Of a stretch of DNA of 64,000 bases, positions 1 through 13,529 are shown in pieces. The notes under the pieces are model-generated. The model searched no databases and was not told the origin of the DNA. It saw only the letters and a list, made by a program, of their open reading frames with translations. The translations under genes and the position numbers were made by a program. Origin of the DNA: the human T2T-CHM13v2.0 reference genome, Homo sapiens; contig CP068257.2 in the NCBI GenBank assembly GCA_009914755.4, forward strand, positions 43,744,001 through 43,808,000, written 5' to 3'. Position 1 is the stretch's first letter; each line of letters begins with the position of its first letter.

Positions 1-860
1 GGGACCTATGTTTTGGGAGGGGAAGAGTGGGGAGGATCATTTTCTCCTTCATTAATCACAGACACTTGGGTTTATTGTTGTCGACTTTCTCTGACATGTG
101 TTGGAGCCAATATTTATTTGTTAAAGGAAAACCAGCAGTAAAACATTTGCTTTGTTACAAAATAAAAGCCACATTCCAGGGAAGTATACAAAGGGCTTCG
201 CACACTGAGATGCCGCTCCCTGCCACGGGAGGCTGGACGACTGCACGGGAGAAAATTCCAGCCAGCCCCAGGCTCTTTGTGATTCTTCCTCTAAAGACTG
301 AAAGGAAGAAGCAATCTTCATTAACAAACAAACAAACCAAAGAGGGGAGCCGACTCTTACTGAAACTTTAAACAGAACCACATGGACCCTCCCAGGCTAG
401 TAATCCAAGTCTCCAATCCACTCACCCAGCCCTGGGGCAACTCGGGTTTCAAGCATAGAATTCTCTGTCACTTCCACCCAATACACAGGGACAAGGGCAC
501 TGCCAGGCTGCTCCCTCCTGGGCCCTCTCTTTGCATGACAAGGCAGTTGTGGTCTGAGACCTGGAGGTCCCGCAAAGCCAGCTCTAGGAGGGCCTGACCC
601 CAAACTCCTCCCCATCCCCGCAGTTCTCCCCCTGCCCTCCCAGCACCTCACCTTTCTTTGGGGCTGGCCAGGGAGGGAGGCCTTGGAGAAGCAGGCAGGT
701 GAGGCCCTGGGTGACCTCTCAGGTGACAGGGAGGCACATTGCACTGCTGTGACCGTGCCACCGCCCTCCTCAGTGACTTACGTGTCAGGGAAAATACTGA
801 GATTCCCCTGATTAGTCCTTTAGCCCAGGGATCACCAGGAACAGAGTCCCTAAACTGGAG

Positions 861-1108
861 GCCTGATTCTTTCTCATCACTGTCCAGAGCTGCTCTCACC
901 AGGGCCACGGTGGCCCCGAGCCGCCTGATTCCTTCTCATCACTGTCCAGAGCCGCTCCCATCAGGGCCAAGGTGGCCCCGAGCCGCCTGATTCCTTCTCA
1001 TCATTGTCCAGAGCCGCTCCCATCAGGGCCAAGGTGGCCCCGAGCCGCCTGATTCCTTCTCATCATTGTCCAGAGCCGCTCCCATCAGGGCCACGGTGGC
1101 CCCGAGCC
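861..1108. repeat. Minisatellite, 62-bp unit x4 (gcctgattccttctcatcactgtccagagccgctcccatcagggccaaggtggccccgagcc)
   Basis: Four near-identical head-to-tail copies are directly visible. The ORFs 739..990 and 1004..1279 show repeating peptide 'APSRLIPSHHCPEPLPSGPRWPRA', which is an artefact of the repeat. Confidence 0.92.
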
Positions 1109-1439
1109 AGCCACAGGAACCCGTCCCACTCTCCTCGGAACCTCCTCCCCAGCCCCCTGGGTATCAGGCTTGGTTTGCACCTTTGTCTCTGCTGCTCCCT
1201 GGTCACAGCGCACGCCCTCCCCATCCGGGGTGCTGTCCCTGCTCCTTCTCTGAACTCCTCTGTCCAGGGGCTGACTTGATTTCCCTGATTGCACCTCCCT
1301 GAGCCCCTCAGATCCAAAAGACCTGAGCCAACCCCTCACCTCTGCCTTGATTCTGGCATCTGCTGGGCCCGCCCCCAGGAGCCACATTCACAGCCTTGGA
1401 CATCCATCCCCACCTTCATGCTGACAGATCCCTAAGGGA

Positions 1440-1605
1440 GGTAAGAAAACTGAGGCACGGGGTGGTCAAATGCCTCAGCCATCAACACCCCACTGGTGGA
1501 TGGGAAGCCAGGGTTTGAGCCCCGGTGAGCCCAGGTGAGCTGGCTCCAGAGCCACTTATCAACGGAGGCTCGAATGTCCCAATCTCAGCACAGGTGGTGA
1601 ATGCT
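1440..1605 (+). mobile_element. MIR (ancient SINE) fragment
   Basis: Resembles the MIR core: 'aactgaggcacgg...agccagggtttgagccc...ctccagagccacttatcaac'. Confidence 0.5.
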
Positions 1606-1792
1606 ATCACGGGGAAGACACCCCTTCCTCTTCCATTTCCTCTGTCTTGATTCAGCCTTCTGGCCAGTTAATGTCAGCGCCGTGGTGCCCATCCCAGAAC
1701 AGAAGCTCCTGCTGATGAATAATTTCCGGCCTCACCGTGACCCAGCCTCTCCCGTGTTTATCTGTATCTATCTGTCATCTACCCCCACCTTA

Positions 1793-2580
1793 CACCCAGC
1801 GTCCGTCCATGCACACACGCTCACCTCGCACCCAGAGTCCGTCCGTGCACACACTCACCTTGCACCCAGAGTCCATCCATGCACACACGCTCATCTCTCA
1901 CCCAGCGTTGGTCCGTGCACACACGCTCACTTCGCACCCAGCATCCGTCCGTGCACACACGCTCACCTCGCACCCAGTGTCCATGCACACACACTCACCT
2001 CGCAACCAGCGTCCATCCATGCACACAGGCTCACCTCGCACCCAGCGTCCGTCCGTGCACACACGCTCACCTCGCACCCAGCGTCCGTCCGTGCACACAC
2101 GCTCACCTCGCACCCAGCGTCCGTCCGTGCACACACGCTCACCTCGCACCCAGCGTCCGTCCGTGCACACACGCTCACCTCGCACCCAGCGTCCGTCCGT
2201 GCACACGCTCACCTCGCACCCAGCGTCCGTCCGTGCACACGCTCACCTCGTACCCAGCGTCCGTCTGTGCACACATGCTCCCCTCGCACCGAGCGTCTGT
2301 CCGTGCACACGCTTACCTCACACCCAGCATCCATCTGTGCACACACGCTCCCCTCGCACCCAGCATCCGTGCACACGCTCACCTCGCACCCAGCATCTGT
2401 CCATGCACACACTCCCCTCGCACCTAGCGTCCGTCCATGCACATACTCACCTTGCACCCAGCATCCATCTGTGCACACACCCTCACCTCGCACCCAGCAT
2501 CTGTCCGTGCACACACGCTCACCTCACACACACTCCCCTCGCACCCAGCGTCCGTCGGTGCACACACGCTCACCTCCCGC
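1793..2580. repeat. Large CA/C-rich minisatellite, ~36-bp unit x ~21 (cacccagcgtccgtccgtgcacacacgctcacctcg)
   Basis: Highly regular tandem array with minor variants (ccatgcac, ctgtgcac). It generates the artefactual 485-aa ORF 1601..3058 and the overlapping repeat-peptide ORFs on both strands. Confidence 0.95.
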
Positions 2581-3248
2581 ACCTCCCGTGGAGGCGGCAT
2601 CCAGGCAGGGAAGCAAGGACACTCTGCGTCCATTCCTCTCTCTAAACACCAAGGCCCCCGCAATCCGAGGAATATATTTGACAGAAACAAGAAAAAAGGA
2701 TGAAAGTGGCCAAGACAAGCCGATCCCTTCTATCTGTTTTCAGGAACATGATTTTGTGGCCCCAAACTCCTTGAAGCCCGATGCTTCCACCTCCCTCCCA
2801 CTCCACTCTCCCCCGACACATCCGTCCAGCTCCCGTTCCTCTTGGGCACCCACCTCTGCCATCTCAGCAGGGTTCCCAGCACCCCCAGGCAAGGCCTGTG
2901 TGTGGCGCTTTACTGGGAGTGCGCTGGGGAAGAGGGAGGCATGGGCTGGAATAACCACAGAGACCGGCCCTGCACAGATAGCAGAAAGGGAAGGGGATGT
3001 GTTGCCCGGCCCACCTCGGCTCACGCAAGACGCTCGGACACTTGGAGACCTGGACTGAAGCAGCCTCCAGGGGAGGAGAGAGGGGTGCCGCTCACCACTG
3101 CCCCCTCCCAAGCCCAGCGTCTAGGTCTGGTTCACCCTCGCGAGGTCGCCTGGCCCATGTCTGGCTACCTGAGCTGGCCACTGCTGAGGCAAAGCCCACC
3201 CGGCTGCTGTTCTGGAAGTGGCTCTGGAAAGCCCAGCTCCTGTGGGTA

Positions 3249-3330
3249 CAGGATCGCTGAGCGCCAGGCATGGGGGCCACAGCCAAGGCAGGATCGCTGA
3301 GCGCCAGGCATGGAGGCCACAGCCAAGGCA
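3249..3330. repeat. Tandem duplication, 40-bp unit x2 (caggatcgctgagcgccaggcatgggggccacagccaagg)
   Basis: Two adjacent copies differing by one base. Confidence 0.9.
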
Positions 3331-5903
3331 GCCGCAGGGGCAGGTGCTGGGCTGTCTAGGAGCAGTGACCAAGCACCCAGAGGAGCCCAACAAGGCCCAG
3401 CACATAAAACCAGCAGCAGAGGCCCAGGAGCCACTTAGCCAGAGAGACACCTGGTGTTCACCCCAGCACGCAGATGGGGAAAGGCTAAAGCACAAAGAAG
3501 CAACTGTGTACAGAGAGCTTCACCCCGAAATCAGAGACAGCCAAAGTCCGCCCAGAGAGGAACTGGTCGGAGTCCTGTCCAGGCCGAAAGGTGGTGGGTG
3601 GGTGCTTTAGGGGCCAGTGGGGAGCGAGGCCGAAGCTATCTCTGTGCAGCTGCCCCCTCACGCTGCTGTGGCCCCAGGGTTTGGTTCAGATGCTGAGTGT
3701 CCGGTGACTTCTAGACACTTCCTTTCCAGTCTCAGGGAACCCACCCCACAAAGCGCCTGCCCCAGGACCTGGGTGGCGCGTCTGTGTCTTCTCAGCATAT
3801 CCGGTTCTTGGAGCAGGGAGACGACCCAGATCCTGCTCTCTGGCTCCTGGCCCGCTGCCCCCAAGCTGTCACCAAGGCAGGTCATGGATGTTCCGTGTCA
3901 TGGCTGCGTGGGCCGTTCGACCACGGCCACACACGCATAGACTGAGGAAGACAGAGCAAGGGGCTGATCGCTGCCAAGCAGTGGATGCCAGTGCACCGTG
4001 ACAAGGAGCCCAGAGCCTTTGGTGGGCGCCTGACTGTGTCTTCAAGTTCCCGGGATCTGTGTGGACAGCTGCCATCCCAGTCGGCCCTTTCTTGGTTTTC
4101 TTGGTTTTCAGAGAAGGGGCGAAGAATAAGGGGGCAGCGTCTTCTCCACCAGAAGACACACCTGCAAAGCTCCATGAAGGCAGGCGCTGGCTGAGGAGGA
4201 AGAAGGAAACAGGTCTCTCAGGAGCCTCTGCCCTTGCAGCCAGGGATGGGCAGGAGGCCAGTGCCTGGTAGGGAGCAGCCTGCGGGTTCAGCTCAGGTGT
4301 AAACAGCATGGTCAGCTGGAAAATGGTCCCCAAATACGCCAGGTCTCAATCCCTGTGGTGCTTGAATGTGACCTTATGTGGCAAATGTGTCTTTGGGGAT
4401 GGGATTGAGTTAGGATCCCGGGATGGGGGTGATCAACTGGGGTCATCCGGGTGGGCCCCAGGTGGCATTGCAAGGTTCGCACAAGACGGAGACTTGACAT
4501 GGAGGAAACCATGGACCACGGAGGCAGAGAGCACCATGAAGAGGCTGTCCACGAAGGTCAGAGCGATGCGGCCGCAAGCCAAGGAGTGCACGGCCGCTGG
4601 GAGCCAAGAGAAGCCAGCAGGACCTTCTCCGGGGCCTCAGAGGGGCCCCTTGGCCTAGTGATGCTGGTTTCAGACTCCTGCCCTCCAGACCGTGAGCATG
4701 CGTTTCCGTTGTTTAAAATCACCAAGGCTGTGGCCATTTGTCACAGCAACCCCAGGAAGTCCACAGAATGGGAAAGGAGACGGGAGAGGAGGATGGCTGG
4801 GCTCAGCTGTCAGGCTGGGCTGTGCGGGGCTCCCTTGGGTGGTGGGGAGGAGCCTCTGAAAGGGAGCTCAGGGAGGGGCTGCCCATGGAGAAAGCACTGG
4901 GTGGAGAAGCTGTCGGTCAATTATCTGGTGATTGCACCTGCCTGTTGCCAGTCACAGTCTTCCTCCAGGAGGGGTCACCGACCACGGGCCACATCCACTC
5001 CTCTCTGCTGCAGGAATCCTGTCCCTGCTAAAGCTGATCCTGGCTTTATCTGCCCTTTGCAGAGGTGTGGGGCTTTGGCCCTCCACTGGGCACCGCACAG
5101 CGTGGGAGCCCCCTCCCCCTGGCCCCTGCGGTGGGGTCGGCTGAAGCACTGGGCTGGTCACTCGGTGGAAAAGGACACAAGTTCCCCTTGGGGCCCAGAG
5201 GCTGCACATCCGTCCTTCCAGGACTGGGCCTAAGGAATTAAATGGCTGTGAAAACAGGGGCACTGTGAGCCCCAGAGTCGGGCCATGTCATCTGAGGATG
5301 ATGGTGGCAACAGCAAAGCTCCAGATGTGGACACAGTCCCTTCACCTACCGGGGCTGCACTTCCTCCGGTGCCACAGCCAGGCCAGGCGCCCTCCCTGAG
5401 GGAATCCGCGGGTCCCGACGGCCTCTGGGGTGAGACACTGGGACGTGCCTGCAGAGCAGCAAACACTCTCTGGGCCTCACACCCTCTTCCCGGCTGCACA
5501 GCGGCACCCCCAGGGGCCTGCCCCTGCTCAAAGCCAGCCCCACCGCCCAAGGTCTGGACCTGCCTGCCCTGCAGGTGGGGCTCAACTTCCTCGGGTTTTC
5601 TGCTCCCAGGTGATTTTCCTCCCTGCAGCCAGGGCTGAGCACCTCGGCCAAGTGGCTCTTTGCTTTAAGAAGAGAGGGAATCTCCCAGCCGCCAGCCCAT
5701 TGAGGCTCCCTGCACAGGACGGGACTCAGCGCCGCGGCGGTGGCATGGCCGTGCCGGGCTGTGCTGTGACCTGAGGCCTCGTCCGTGATGACCACGTCCT
5801 CGCAGAGCCTGGGGGCAGGGCCGGGGGGTGGTCAGATGCGGTGGAGCCTGTGCCCTGTGCATGACCGAAGCCACAAGCATCAAAACAGCTACATTCATGC
5901 TGA

Positions 5904-6212
<309 letters not shown>

Positions 6213-7675
6213 CAAAATTTCTAGGTGAAATAATAAAATAAAATAAAAATAGTGGTCGGAAATCTGTCTCCTGAGACAGAAGTGTCTGATTTTCTATAAC
6301 TCAGTTAAAAGTGGTGCCAATAGAAACGCAGTTACGACGTCAATACCGGAAGGCCAGGAATGCCGCGTGGTGAAGAAAGTGGGTCCAGAGGCCCTCCCTG
6401 ACCTTGGTGTGCTCGGCCTGGACATGCCTGTCACTGTTGATGAACAGCAGGTGCAGATGTGTGTGCCGCCCTGACTGGGGTCTCGGGGAGGCGCGGCGCC
6501 GTCCCACTGCCTAGAACCGGCTGGTGTGTGTTTTTGTTTATCTGCCCACAGCTCCTGGTTGAACAAATTCTCTGGTTTCATTTTTCCCATAACAAAATGA
6601 GCTTTCTCAGTAATGACAAAAGAAAACTTATGTTCTGAGGCACGGAAGCCTCCATAAAGGAGGGGAAAGTGCCCCTTATATTCCAGGGCACCCTTCAGTG
6701 GCCTGGAGGAGCCCTGCCTCCCTGGAGCCGTGCGCTAGGTCGGGCTGTGTGGCTGGGGCAGGCGTGCTTCCCATCCACCCAGCTCCAGCAGCTCCAGCTC
6801 CTGCAGGACGCACATCTGGCCCCATCTGCATTCTCTCACCAAAGCCTTCCACCAGAACCTCCCACCCACTCTGGAGCCCCTTCTCTCCACTGCCAGAGCC
6901 AAGGAGGCGGCCGCAGGAGTCATTCTGGGGGTCAGAAGCTGACCTCTGCTCTATTCCCTCTATTCCTTCGGGGATTTTGTGACCATGGCCAAGTCATGGT
7001 GGCAGGACCTCAGCTCCCCTGTGTGCACCTGGGGTTGGCGTCATAGACCGTCTCCATGGCCTGCCAGCCCCAGTAGGTTTGTAACTGCATCTGAGGCCAC
7101 TCGTGGCTTGATAAAGAAGAAAGAGACAGGCCGAGGGAGGGAGGTGGAGGTGAGGGTGGCGATGAGATGCGTTGGGGAGATGCAGAAGGAGCTAGAGAGG
7201 GAGGTAGTGAGGGGGAGTGGAGCAGGGCAGAAGCTGGGCAGATCCACCCAGCCCAGCACCCCTGCCCAAGGGAGTGCGGGAGCCTGGGTGGGGAAGAAGT
7301 GTGGGAGGAACAGGGGAGACCCTGACTTCATGCCGCTCGCAGGCAGGGCCCTCCCTGTTGGTGAGGGGGTGCTTTTAGGCAGGTGTTCCTGGTCGGGGGA
7401 GGCCAGTCTAGATCAGAAGAGCAGGCTTGACCCCTCCTTGGCCTTTAGCAGTGCCTTGAGGCCGAGTGAGGGTCCTAGGCTGGTGGACGTGGCTCTCAAG
7501 AGGCCTGTGGACTGATTCCACCACACGTGGCTGCCTCTCCGTGAGCCGCACGGGCAGCGTGCTAGGCCTGCGTGCCTCGCCGGAGGGAGGGCTGAGTCGC
7601 ACTGGCTGGGACATGGGAAACACGCCACCCAGCCACGCCAACTCCGAGGCAGACGAATGCCACTTTCTGCATGAT

Positions 7676-7980
7676 ATTTCCCCCAGATGTCCGCATCTTT
7701 CCCCCAGATGTCATCAGTGCCTGCTTCCCTCCCTGTGGAGGGCTCTGAGGGCCGACCCCCAAAGTCCATCTTTCCCCCAGATGTCATCAGTGCCTGCTTC
7801 CCTCCTTGTGGAGGGCTCTGACGGCCGACCCCCAAAGTCCATCTTTCCCCCAGATGTCATCAGTGCCTGCTTCCCTCCCTGTGGAGGGCTCTGAGGGCCG
7901 ACCCCCAAAGTCCATCTTTCCCCCAGATGTCATCAGTACCTGCTTCCCTCCTTGTGGAGGGCTCTGACGGCCGACCCCAG
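7676..7980. repeat. Minisatellite, ~73-bp unit x ~4.2 (ccccagatgtcatcagtgcctgcttccctccctgtggagggctctgagggccgacccccaaagtccatctttc)
   Basis: Visible head-to-tail copies. The ORFs on the minus strand repeating 'MGVGPQSPPQGGKQALMTSGGK' are artefacts. Confidence 0.93.
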
Positions 7981-8470
7981 GGTGGGAGAGGGCCAGCCCC
8001 CCAGCAGCAGGAGCAGTTTAAACTGCGGGTAAGTGTGCTCCAGGGGCCCTGGTTCTGCAGAGCCACACGCCGAGGCTCCTGAGCTATGTGAGGAATCCAG
8101 GGTGCAGCTCACTGCGTGTCGCCCAACTGCCCTGGGAACCGGCACTGCAGGGTCAGGTGCATCCCTTTCCATGTGAGCTCCTGGCCAGCCCAGGCAGACA
8201 GGGGAGGCCACACAGCTTCCAGGCAGGCAGCGGCTGGGCCTGAGCTGGCCCATACCTGCCGGGCTCCTGTCCCACCGGCTGTGTCCAGCCAGCCAGGGCT
8301 GGGGACATACACACCTGAGCTGCTCTCAGGAGCACTTTTACTGGAACCTCGAGGAACCTCAACCTCCTTGTTTCTAGGTTGCAGCTCCATTACGTGCTCT
8401 GCAAGTGAAAGATGCTGAGGTGGACACTAACGTCGGGAGGGAAGCCTAAACATTGACGTCATCTGTGCAA

Positions 8471-8565
8471 AAAGTCAGGAGCATCCACAGGTCCACTCTG
8501 TCCCGGACACGTTCTCAAAGTCAGGAGCATCCACAGATCCACTCTGTCCCGGACACGCTCTCACG
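8471..8565. repeat. Tandem duplication, 46-bp unit x2 (aaagtcaggagcatccacaggtccactctgtcccggacacgttctc)
   Basis: Two adjacent near-identical copies. Confidence 0.88.
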
Positions 8566-9354
8566 CTCTCTCCGGTTTGACTTTGCAATAACACAGCCCA
8601 CGAGGGTCACCGTGACCTTGAAACAGTCCTGGCTACTTTAAAATTAGCTGCCCCTAGGAGCATGGAAGATGATTCATCCCGTGACAAATCTTGCCTTATG
8701 TCTCTTTTAAACACACACATCTGGGTATCAGGCAGCCTCACGGGGGCAGCTTGGTTGTGCTGGAACTCAGCCTCATTGACTCCGGTTTCATGTGCACAGA
8801 AACTGACTTTGAAACTTGCAGGAAGAGGCTGTCCTGGAAGAAGCTGCAGCCTGCAGAGACGGCCCTGGGCTTCCTGCATCGCTCCCTTCCTGCCACGGGG
8901 CTGTGCCAGGAGCTTCCATGCAGCTCTCACACACAAGGCAGGTCCCCAGCTGGCTCTCTGCAGAGCCTGACCTGAGGCACCCATTCGATGAGAGCAGGTT
9001 CTCTCAGTGTAGAACCCAGACCAGCAGAAGCCGCATCACGGGGACGCTTCAGAGACGCACTGCTCAGCCCAGAACTGCCAGGCCTGGCAGCCGGGGTGCG
9101 GGGACCCTGGGACCCTGATGTTGTGTGAGTTCAGGAAAAACAGCGTTGCCTTCCTGAATGCTGTTCCATTTACTTCTAGCTCCTACGTGTTTCTTCAAGT
9201 AAAACACAGTCGAGCCTCATTATTCATGGGCAAATTTGCCTACTTACTGGCATTTACCCTAACCCAGATTCAATACTCAGGGCACCTCCACGGTCATTGG
9301 TGGACGTCACAGCGTCACAGCAATGAGACGTGAGTTTCCTGACACGGTGTCTGG

Positions 9355-9475
9355 GCGGGGGCAGAACGAGCCATGCTTTGGTGTCTCGTTTGTGTGTGCG
9401 TGAGTGTGTGAATGTGGGAGTATGTGAGTGTGTGTTCATGTGTGTGTTCGTAAGCGTGTTCTCACCTCAACACTA
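9355..9475. repeat. Imperfect GT/TG-rich simple repeat (gtgtgtgcgtgagtgtgtgaatgtgggagtatgtgagtgtgtg...)
   Basis: Low-complexity (GT)n-like tract with interruptions. Confidence 0.8.
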
Positions 9476-10508
9476 ACAACCCTGACTGGCATGTGATGGC
9501 AGCCTCATGGGGCTCCAAGCCCATGTGTATGGGCTCCCTGTCTGTGCTGGAAGGTTCTACAGCAAAAATCAGCCCCTGCTCACCAGAGGCAAACTGAGCA
9601 TGAAAGGAAATGAAAGACGTGAACTTTAATGCCTCTCATGTGCCGGGAGAACGAGGTCACACAGCAAATCACGGCTCTTGGGAATCAGGATGTGTTTGAA
9701 AACTTCAGGGGCTCTGAGCCCTCATGAACCCAACTGATGGGCAAGCAGCCCAGGCCCAGGCTGGAGATGGGGATGGGGCTGGCCATGGTCCCTGCCAGGA
9801 GCTGGAAGCCACTCCCGCCCCTCCTGCTCTCTCCATGTCCACTGGACACTGTCCCTGGTCCTGGGAGAAGAGGGAAGGCCTCTCAGCCTCCACTGGAGGG
9901 ACTGCTGGGCGAGCCTGATCTACACCACAGCACTCCCCACCACAGGAGCGACTTCACTGACCCCAAGGGGGACACTTCCCTTAAAAGGATCATCCCACAC
10001 TGACCCTTGTCTTGGGAATCCCAAGTCGGAGGTCACGTCAGAGGCAGGAATCCAGGCTCAGGGACATCTGCCCTGTCCCCAGAGGTCTTTGTTGTCCGAA
10101 GCCCTGCATTCTCTGGCTCTAAGGAATTCTGAAGCTATTTTGGACACTGCAGCCCTTCCCAGGGTGGCCAGAAGAGGACAGGCAGGCTTGCTTGGGGTGG
10201 GAGGAAGCCGTGGTCCACACTGGAGCATAGAAACCAGCCCTGTAAGCCACCCTGCTGGCCTCACAGGTTGTAGGGAGCAAAGGCCGTGTTGAAGCCCAGG
10301 AGCCCCTCAGGAAGGAAACCCCTCAGACTAGGGAACATGGGGAGTGGGCAGCCACTCCTCCCCACCCTCAGGCCCATAAGCTGCACTCCCCACAGTCCCC
10401 AGGTTCATCCACAGGGAGGCCCCAGCAGGAAGGCAGGGCCAGGGCGCAGGGCGAGGTCGGGGGAATGGACTCCCCTGGGTTTCTCCCTGCCGATCGCTGT
10501 AGTGGTTG

Positions 10509-11010
10509 AGTCCTCCACTGAGCACAGCCACTCCTGTAGGCTTACCCCGCTGCAGCTCGCTCTCGGATCCTAATAAACAAGTGAGTCCTCCACTGAGCAC
10601 GGCCACTCCTGTAGGCTCACCCCACTGGAGCTCACTCTCGGACTCTAATAAACAAGTGAGTCCTCCACTGAGCACGGCCACTCCTGTAGGCTCACCCCAC
10701 TGGAGCTCACTCTCGGACTCTAATAAACAAGTGAGTCCTCCACTGAGCACGGCCACTCCTGTAGGCTCACCCCACTGGAGCTCGCTCTCGGACTCTAATA
10801 AACAAGTGAGTCCTCCACTGAGCACGGCCACTCCTGTAGGCTCACCCCACTGGAGCTCGCTCTCGGACTCTAATAAACAAGTGAGTCCTCCACTGAGCAC
10901 GGCCACTCCTGTAGCCTCGCCCTGCTGAACCACTCCTGTAGGCTCACCCCCACTGGACCACTACTGTAGGCTCACCCTGCTGGAGCACCCTCTCGGACTC
11001 TAATAAATGA
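10509..11010. repeat. Minisatellite, 75-bp unit x ~6.5; every unit carries AATAAA (…ctcaccccactggagctcactctcggactctaataaacaagtgagtcctccactgagcacggccactcctgtaggc…)
   Basis: Regular tandem copies. It generates the repeat-peptide ORFs 10506..10928 (+) and 10328..10933 (-). Degenerate units continue to about 11010. Confidence 0.93.
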
Positions 11011-11204
11011 GTTAGTAGCCCTGGGCACTGTACGTCCTGTGTTGAGTTCCACAAACCCTGCCTTTGCCTTTGTAAATCATCTCCTTTTTAAAGTCTTCAC
11101 AGAGTATCAATTCTGACTATGCCCTCTGCTTCTTTGTGTGTCATGTTTTTGAAATCTTTTCCAAACACACCCTCTAAAAGAGAGCCACTTACCATTTTTT
11201 TCTT

Positions 11205-11508
<304 letters not shown>

Positions 11509-13337
11509 ACATTTTCTAACTAGAATTTACGGTTTTGTTTTTGACATTTAAATCCTTAATCCACTGGGAGTTACTTTCATCTTTTTCCATATGGACAACT
11601 ATTTTTTTCTAGCTCTACTGATTGATAGGTTTCCCCTGTTTCCACCAACCTGCAAAGCCATTGGTTCCACCCACACAAAAATTTGTTCCTGAGTTCTCTG
11701 TCCAATCCTGGTGCCCGTCTGTTTTTCCAGGCAAAAATCTCACATCACTTCCACTGCTATAATTTCTTAACAATCCCAACATGTGGTGGAAAAATCTCCC
11801 TCCCTCTTCAGAAGTGTCCTAGCTATTCCTGTTTTTTTAGTCTTCCATATGCATTTTAGAATAATCACATCAATTCTCACGGAACACCTTTTTGGGATTT
11901 TGTTTGGACGTCCCCCAACCCCTGTCCCTGCCTGGCCATGCTGGGGAGACGCCCACCTTCTCCAGGGGCTTCGCCGTAAGGGACAGGCCTGACACCAGGA
12001 TTCTCCAAGAACTGCCTGCGTCTCTTCCTGCTGAGCACTCACCTCACCGAAACCACAACAGGTAACGAACTCGGCCGCTGGTTCCTGCCCCGGGTCTCGC
12101 CAGTGGGGGCCCAGTGCTTCTGTTCACCAGCACCAGGGGCCTGGCCCACATCCCAGACAGCAAGGTGGGAGGACACAGAGGGGCTCTGCCTGCAGAGGCC
12201 TTCCAAACCCTGCCCACCTGTGCCCCCCGGGTGGGCTGGCCAGGTCCCCTCCACTCATTCCACAGCCCGCAGCAGGTGACTTCGGGCTGGCAGCTGGTTG
12301 GGGAGGCTGCCTTTTTACCGTGCCCTGAGTGAGTTAAGGCTGAAGGCTGCTGCCCGGGGATCTCTGCGCCGACTTGCAGCAGCACACAGAGGGCTCCGTG
12401 TGGCTCTAAGGTGGGCAGGGAGAGCCAGTGGCAAGCTCAGAAGACTTCCAGAACCGCCGGCCCGTGGCAGCGGGAGTCGGCTGCGAGGCTGTCCCAAGGC
12501 CGGGTGTCCTGCAGGGCTGGGCAAAGGGCACGCTGGCCTCTGCCTCCCCTCACGGGGCCGGGCAACACCCTGGATCTTTCCCTTTTCCTTCATTTACAGA
12601 AACCCCTTGAGGGAGGCGAAGGTGGAGAGAAGAGCCAGACAGGAGACAGGAAAAGGGGAGGCAGATGGCGGGGGCGGGGGCAGGACAGGAGCTCAGAGGG
12701 AAGAGGGGGACCACCGTGGGGAGGGCAGGACGGAGAGGAGAGGGGCTGGGTGGGTGGGGCTGCAGCGTGAGGCCCCCACGACCACTGCCTTCCCAGGCTC
12801 GCCCCCCAGCCCCTTCACCTGCGTCCTGGACGTGACAGTCCTAGCTCTTCCCACCCCGGCCCTCCCAGCACCCCCAGGCCTCCTCCCACAAGTTGAGGGG
12901 CCAGAAACGCCACGTGTCCCCTTCACCGGCACCTGAAGGCAGAGCAGGGGAGTTGGGTCTGGACGAGCCTCTTCACTGAGAACATCCCCAGAAAGCTCAA
13001 CTTCATCGTAAAAATTCATCCACATTTGTAGTCCTGGTCTTAAGGTTTTTTATTGACTTTGCTTACCGTAAGATACACCACGCATCCACAAGTGTGTGTG
13101 TGATGTGTTTGCGTGGTTTACAGAATAACATAAAAACCATCCGAAACACACCACTGTCCACAAGCTGAGTCTGAGGCCAGGCTCCCAGGCAAGGAGGTGG
13201 TCCCTGGTGGCACGGGCAGGGTGCGTGGAGACGGGGACCCAGAGGATGCACGGGAAAAACATGCCTTTATGGTTCAGTTACCTCCCACCGGGTCCCTCCC
13301 ACAACATGCGGGGATTATGGGAGGCACAATTCGAGAT

Positions 13338-13479
13338 GAGATTCGGGTGGGGACAAACCACATCACCTGGCTACCTACTACTGTACCACGCATACCCGGC
13401 CAAGATGAGATTCGGGTGGGGACACAGCCAAGCCACATCACCTGGCTACCTACTACTGTACCACGCATACCCGGCCAGG
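13338..13479. repeat. Tandem duplication, ~66–76-bp unit x2 (gagattcgggtggggaca...cacatcacctggctacctactactgtaccacgcatacccggcca)
   Basis: Two adjacent copies. The second has a 10-bp insertion (cagccaagc). Confidence 0.9.
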
Positions 13480-13529
13480 GAAACCCCCACCCGAGGGTGC
13501 AGACTGAACTAACTAGTGCTTGAACTGTC

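Noticed and set aside
1601-3058. 485-aa + strand ORF plus overlapping 302-aa and 182-aa ORFs and several minus-strand ORFs
   Set aside because: Entirely inside the 36-bp minisatellite and its GC-rich flank. The peptides are periodic ('HPASVRAHTLTS…') low-complexity artefacts, not proteins.
4451-5233. 260-aa + ORF and neighbouring 100–150-aa ORFs (5346..5795 -, 5285..5638 +)
   Set aside because: GC-rich non-repetitive DNA with no start or splice context, low-complexity Gly/Pro/Arg/Ala-rich translation, and overlapping ORFs on both strands, which is typical of non-coding GC-rich sequence.
8447-8462. Perfect CRE palindrome (TGACGTCA) at about 8451
   Set aside because: A single 8-mer occurrence in 64 kb is expected by chance and there is no supporting promoter context.
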